Source: a virus
Lineage: Duplodnaviria; Caudoviricetes
Reading direction: 5' to 3' (one strand)
Virus record (IMG/VR): IMGVR_UViG_3300025635_000081
Coordinates: 1 to 35,975 of that record
DNA: 35,975 nt
The notes under the pieces were generated by a model, which worked only from the letters and a program-made list of their open reading frames with translations, was not told the origin of the DNA and did no database searches. Within the stretch, counting starts at the first letter, position 1. Every line of letters begins with the position of its first letter. Positions 31,709 through 35,975 of this stretch are shown here, in pieces. Made by a program: the position numbers and the translations under genes.

Positions 31709-33955
31709 TCAGATGTGACGGTTTGCGACTTCAAGCGCCTTTACGACATGCTCGTCCGGCGTTTGCAGGAGATCTTCAGTGCTCTTGGTGACAGCCTTGC
31801 GCGCGGAATTGGCGAGCGCCCGCAAGTTCACCGCGCCACCCGTGGCGCGTTGGGGGCGTTCTCCGGCAGGTTTCTGCGGCTCAGTTACAGCAACAGGTGC
31901 TGCCCTGCGCGATGTTGTAATGAGCTTGTTCATAAAAGAACGAGCTTCTTGATTTTTTGCCATCAACTCGCCAAGTCGCGACCAAGAATTTGGGTCTGCC
32001 GCTTGTCGAATAATTTCTTCAGCTATTCGACGCTCTCTCGCCGTGTATATTCCTTTTGCCGTTGACGCCAATAGAGCGCCTGCAATCATTGATGGACTGA
32101 CGTTGAAGGCCAATGCATTTTGCAATGCAAATTCACCGCCGCGAGCAATTGTTGCGAGAACTTCAGCACCAACGCCACCAGCCGCCGCCGCCCCCCAATA
32201 TCCGCTGGAAGAAGGAGCGCCGGCGAGTTCTTTGACTTTGCTGTTCAGAAACTGTGCATTCGCTCTGGCAATCATCTGATTTGCCATTTCATTGCCAAGG
32301 GCGAATTGCGCCTTGCGTATTTCAAGAGGTGCATTCTTTCCTGTAAAAAGACCAAGCGCCGCAGAAGGATTTTTATCAAGCATATCCCGATATGCTCCAG
32401 CATATCCGTATGCAAAATCCGCTCTTTGCTCTGGCGTAAGTTTATTAGAAGCAAAGTTCTGTTTCGAATTTAGGCTCTTTGATGCTTTATCGCCAAAGTA
32501 TCTATAACCCGCATCCATAGCGTTTCGAGCGCCGTACAATTCAGCGCCTTCAAAACGAATCTTTGGATATTCAGTTACAATTTTATCAAGAGGATCTGTA
32601 ATTGACTTTTTCAGCGCCTGAAGAGTGCTTATTTCACTACCGGTTCCGGGCTTTGGAGCTTTTGTTACAGGATCGTAAAGCTTATTGATGCTGTCGTCGA
32701 CATACTGTTTTGCTTCGTCCCAGAATTTCAAATTTGCACCAGTTGGAGCAATTTTAAAATCGCGACCAGTCTGTATAAGGCCAACGGAAGAGGGACTTTC
32801 TCCGCGTGCAATCATGCTACGGCCAATGTCATTGACAAACTGATCGCCAAACATAGTGCGAAGTCTTGTCTCAGCAGAAGCTATAGCGGCTGGGGCTATA
32901 ACCTGCGCCTCTGGGAGAGCCATTACTCTGGCATAATTTCTGTTGTTGACGTCTCTCACGCGACTGGCAAGAGAATCCATTTCAGCCAATGCGTTTACCG
33001 GAGTTCCACGGCCAACAATCTCATCAATATGAGACTGCAACTTAGGAACAGCTTGAGATCGGAAATCCTGTATTGCTTGATTAAAAGCGCCTTGAGTTGC
33101 CTCGCTTGCGCGGCCAGACGCTTCTCTTATCAATTTCTGCGTCTGTGTTCCGGCAAGAGCAGCGGGCGGCAAACCTTCTTCGATTGCAGCCGGAATTTGA
33201 CCTCGTGCAGTTGCTGCAGTCACATCACGAGACATTGTTTGGCCAAGCCGCTCAGATGCAGCGGTAGATGGAGACAATAAAGACTTTCCGGCACCAGCAA
33301 CTTTTCCATAAAGACCAGAGCCAGCCATGCCTCCCGCGAGGGCGGCACCAAGCTGCCCTGCGGTTTGATAACCTGTTCCTTCAAGGGGCGTCTTTTCTAG
33401 AAATTGTTCTACGCCTCGTGAAGCCAACCCCGCGCCCACAGCTCCAGCGGCGCGCGCGCCAAGACCAAGTGCGCCTCCGGGTATGACAGCCGCTGGCAAA
33501 AATTCTGCTCCACTTTTTATATATTTTGCCAGTTCACCTTGAGGTTTATATTGAGTTGTTTCTTGAATTGATGGAAAAGCCTTTTCAGCACCAGAAATAA
33601 CCTGCGCCCCTGTTGGAAGAGCGGACTCGGCACCAACATTATAGCCAAGTTTTCTGAGACCAAGCCTGCCAAGAGTTTCTATGTCGCCCGGAAGCCCAGC
33701 AAGGCTTAATGCGCCGCGAGCCGCGCCTGCTTGGGCAGCACGCTTGATATCTTCGCCAAATGGGACTTGCGGAGCGGCAGTTTGGGAAGGTGCAGCAACT
33801 GATTCAAGACTAGGAAGATTTTTGAAATAATCTTCTTCAGCCTGATGAGTAGTTTGCGTACTAGGATTAGGCGAAGCAAGATTAAGAGAAGGAAGAGACT
33901 TGAAGTACTCTTCTTCTTTGTCAATCAAGCCGGGAGAAGTTTGTGGATTTGCCAT
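31709..33955 (-). CDS. Large internal/ejection virion protein
   Basis: 748 aa, Ala/Gly-rich hydrophobic segments, position upstream of the tail fibre; C-terminal QRATGGAV...VVKALEVA. Confidence 0.7.
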   Translation of the reverse strand: MANPQTSPGLIDKEEEYFKSLPSLNLASPNPSTQTTHQAEEDYFKNLPSLESVAAPSQTAAPQVPFGEDIKRAAQAGAARGALSLAGLPGDIETLGRLGLRKLGYNVGAESALPTGAQVISGAEKAFPSIQETTQYKPQGELAKYIKSGAEFLPAAVIPGGALGLGARAAGAVGAGLASRGVEQFLEKTPLEGTGYQTAGQLGAALAGGMAGSGLYGKVAGAGKSLLSPSTAASERLGQTMSRDVTAATARGQIPAAIEEGLPPAALAGTQTQKLIREASGRASEATQGAFNQAIQDFRSQAVPKLQSHIDEIVGRGTPVNALAEMDSLASRVRDVNNRNYARVMALPEAQVIAPAAIASAETRLRTMFGDQFVNDIGRSMIARGESPSSVGLIQTGRDFKIAPTGANLKFWDEAKQYVDDSINKLYDPVTKAPKPGTGSEISTLQALKKSITDPLDKIVTEYPKIRFEGAELYGARNAMDAGYRYFGDKASKSLNSKQNFASNKLTPEQRADFAYGYAGAYRDMLDKNPSAALGLFTGKNAPLEIRKAQFALGNEMANQMIARANAQFLNSKVKELAGAPSSSGYWGAAAAGGVGAEVLATIARGGEFALQNALAFNVSPSMIAGALLASTAKGIYTARERRIAEEIIRQAADPNSWSRLGELMAKNQEARSFMNKLITTSRRAAPVAVTEPQKPAGERPQRATGGAVNLRALANSARKAVTKSTEDLLQTPDEHVVKALEVANRHI

Positions 33956-33964
33956 TAACTTCTC

Positions 33965-35974
33965 CTATTGATTTTCGACATACCGACGGAAGCCAACTCG
34001 ACCGACAGCCCTGTCGCTATAATAGGATGGAACCTTATTAGGTCCGTAATAATCCAACCATATTGGCTTTCCAGTGCGAGGGTTGATGGTGCGCATCAAG
34101 GCTTCCATCTTTTTCTGGTCAATAGAGTATTGGCTGCTCGGATTATCATCAACAAAAGCCCGTTCAGCGTTCTGAGCCAAATAGTAATCTGGATTTGTCG
34201 GCATCCTATTTCTTGCTGCTTGTATGTAGTCCCTTAAATATTTAGCGCGATCAATATCGCGCTGCACATCAGCCTTTGAACTGGCAAGCACTTGGACAAT
34301 GCCTTCCTTTGTCATGCTTGTATTTGGCACAACAGAAAGGGCAGTTTTAAGAGCTTCTACAGATTGAGATCCGCGAGCCATTTGCAGAGCACCAGATACC
34401 TTTCTTGCAGCCTCATTTGTACCTATATCTTGAGGATTTAGCCAAAAATCTTTTGGAATATTAAATATTTTCATAACTTCATTGGCGTATGTTTGTATTG
34501 CAACCCCAGCAGGATTTGACGGACCGGGAGCAGACAAGCCCGTCTCAGGAAGAGACAAAATCTTAGTAGCAAGCTGGTTAAGCTGCGCATTAACGTCCGT
34601 AGAAGAAGCTCCCGTAGAAATAATTTTCCTCTCCACGTCATTGGAAATTGTTTTTTGAGACCCCATTGCACTTGGATTTAAGACAAATGCATTTATGTCA
34701 TTTGTCAGATAATTTTTAGAACTATCTCCGAGAAGTGTATATGGATTTGGTCTGCCCGGCACAATCTTGGGATTTTCTGTAAACACATGGACAGGAGCAA
34801 TAGGCTGACCGGGAGCCGGTACGCCAGCGGGAGGTGTTCCGGTAGAAGGTTCGCCGGTTTGAGGTGTTTGAGCTGTCTCCCCGCCCGGAGGCTGAATCTT
34901 TGGTTTATACGGGCCGAAGACATCCGGGGTGATTGGAGTCGCGCCCGGAATTTGCTCAATAGCGCGTCGAGCCTGAGCGCCAGCCAGAGGCTCGCCATAC
35001 TTTGAAGGATCAAGATTATAAATACTGAGCCTGACAGGGCCTTTAGCCGTGAGTACATAATCTTGACCATCAGGCCCTTTGAACATTGCGTCTCGAGCCG
35101 CAAGCAGCCACCTACGAGCTGTTTCACCCTGCTGCGTTCTAGTCAGTTCTTGAGTCTGGGCGACCTCAGCTTGCTGCTTCTCAAGGTTCGCGTAGGACTG
35201 AGCGCCCGCGCCAAGACCCTGAAGTATAGCAGATCCAAGATAGCGGCTGGGCGACGAAGCCATCGCACCCAATCCGCTCAAAATTGGGATCAAAGTCTGC
35301 TTCCAATTGATGCTTTCTTCGCCGGTCGCACTCTTCGTAGTTGGCAAAATTGCTCGGGCAACAGCTCCAAGACCGCCTTCTTCAGGCTGACCCTTCTGCG
35401 CCGCCGGATTTACAAATTGACCAGCGCCGGGGCGCTGAAGCTGCGCCTCTTGCGCGCCTTCGGCGGGATAATCGCCGGGATTTAATCCAAGGAACTGCGC
35501 GCCAATTTGACGATGCCGCGCCATTTGCGGGCTCGCAAGCTTCTGAGCAACAGTGGTACCCATATCAAGTGCGCCAAGTCGGCCAACAGTACCTGCGTTT
35601 ATTGCGGAATAAATTTCCGGTAGACCCATACCGGGTCTTACACCTCGGTCTCGTAGATATTGACCGACAGCCTGCATCTGTTGACCCACAGGCATGTCTT
35701 CGGTGATACCGTATTGTTGCCGTTGGGGCTCTCCCCATTGGATCAGACCTCGATGCTGCCCGTGGCGCGTCGTCAGCCCCCGCTGCCAAGGGTCAAACGT
35801 CCCGCCCGTTTCATAAGAAATGGCTGTCGCAAGATCGAGGGGATTGAGACCATATTCACTGGCAGTCCTCCTGATCGCAGCGGGGAGCAAGTCAGTACTG
35901 TAACCAGTACCCTCTCCACCATCTTCTGGATTACCACCCCCCTGATACCCAGAACGAGGCACCAGCCCGCCGTA
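33965..35974 (-). CDS. Internal/ejection virion protein with lysozyme-like domain (5' end outside the window)
   Basis: Frame open to the window edge (YGGLVPRSGYQGGG...); LATAISYETGGTFDP...GLIQWG muramidase-like motif; ILSGLGAMASSPSRYLGSAILQGLGAG. Confidence 0.7.
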   Translation of the reverse strand, partial: YGGLVPRSGYQGGGNPEDGGEGTGYSTDLLPAAIRRTASEYGLNPLDLATAISYETGGTFDPWQRGLTTRHGQHRGLIQWGEPQRQQYGITEDMPVGQQMQAVGQYLRDRGVRPGMGLPEIYSAINAGTVGRLGALDMGTTVAQKLASPQMARHRQIGAQFLGLNPGDYPAEGAQEAQLQRPGAGQFVNPAAQKGQPEEGGLGAVARAILPTTKSATGEESINWKQTLIPILSGLGAMASSPSRYLGSAILQGLGAGAQSYANLEKQQAEVAQTQELTRTQQGETARRWLLAARDAMFKGPDGQDYVLTAKGPVRLSIYNLDPSKYGEPLAGAQARRAIEQIPGATPITPDVFGPYKPKIQPPGGETAQTPQTGEPSTGTPPAGVPAPGQPIAPVHVFTENPKIVPGRPNPYTLLGDSSKNYLTNDINAFVLNPSAMGSQKTISNDVERKIISTGASSTDVNAQLNQLATKILSLPETGLSAPGPSNPAGVAIQTYANEVMKIFNIPKDFWLNPQDIGTNEAARKVSGALQMARGSQSVEALKTALSVVPNTSMTKEGIVQVLASSKADVQRDIDRAKYLRDYIQAARNRMPTNPDYYLAQNAERAFVDDNPSSQYSIDQKKMEALMRTINPRTGKPIWLDYYGPNKVPSYYSDRAVGRVGFRRYVENQ

Positions 35975-35975
35975 G

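Noticed and set aside
1-35975. tRNA, rRNA, integrase/att site, CtrA boxes (TTAA-N7-TTAA)
   Set aside because: None recognised by eye; tRNAscan and motif scans would be needed to exclude them.

Overview
The window is a gene-dense slice of a tailed dsDNA phage, most likely a podovirus-type phage of an Alphaproteobacterium (it encodes GapR-, GcrA- and DnaA-C-terminal-like proteins). No integrase, tRNA, rRNA or CRISPR array is visible. Left arm (minus strand, 1-11094): HNH, gapR, a very acidic 55-aa ORF, an HTH protein, terS, terL and portal, followed by putative virion-cargo/effector genes. These include a tandem ADP-ribosyltransferase-like protein and a probable HhH-glycosylase-like protein that contains a nested out-of-frame gene. 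Centre: an early region of small genes driven by repeated terminator-promoter-leader cassettes (11200-15050), an adenine MTase, an AT-rich candidate origin, a primase-helicase, a 6x13-bp tandem repeat, and a DUF2800/DUF2815/family-B polymerase/VRR-NUC/SNF2 replication module. Right: accessory genes, a signal-peptide lytic transglycosylase, dnaA-C-like and gcrA-like genes, then (minus strand) a tail fibre and two large ejection/internal proteins. The most striking unexplained pattern is a recurring [RKYM]-x-x-G-G-x-[VIA]-like motif in nearly all putative internal proteins. It often sits at domain boundaries and also ends the nested gene, suggesting a head-loading or proteolytic-processing tag for injected effectors. 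Family assignments are from recalled motifs only; no searches were run.
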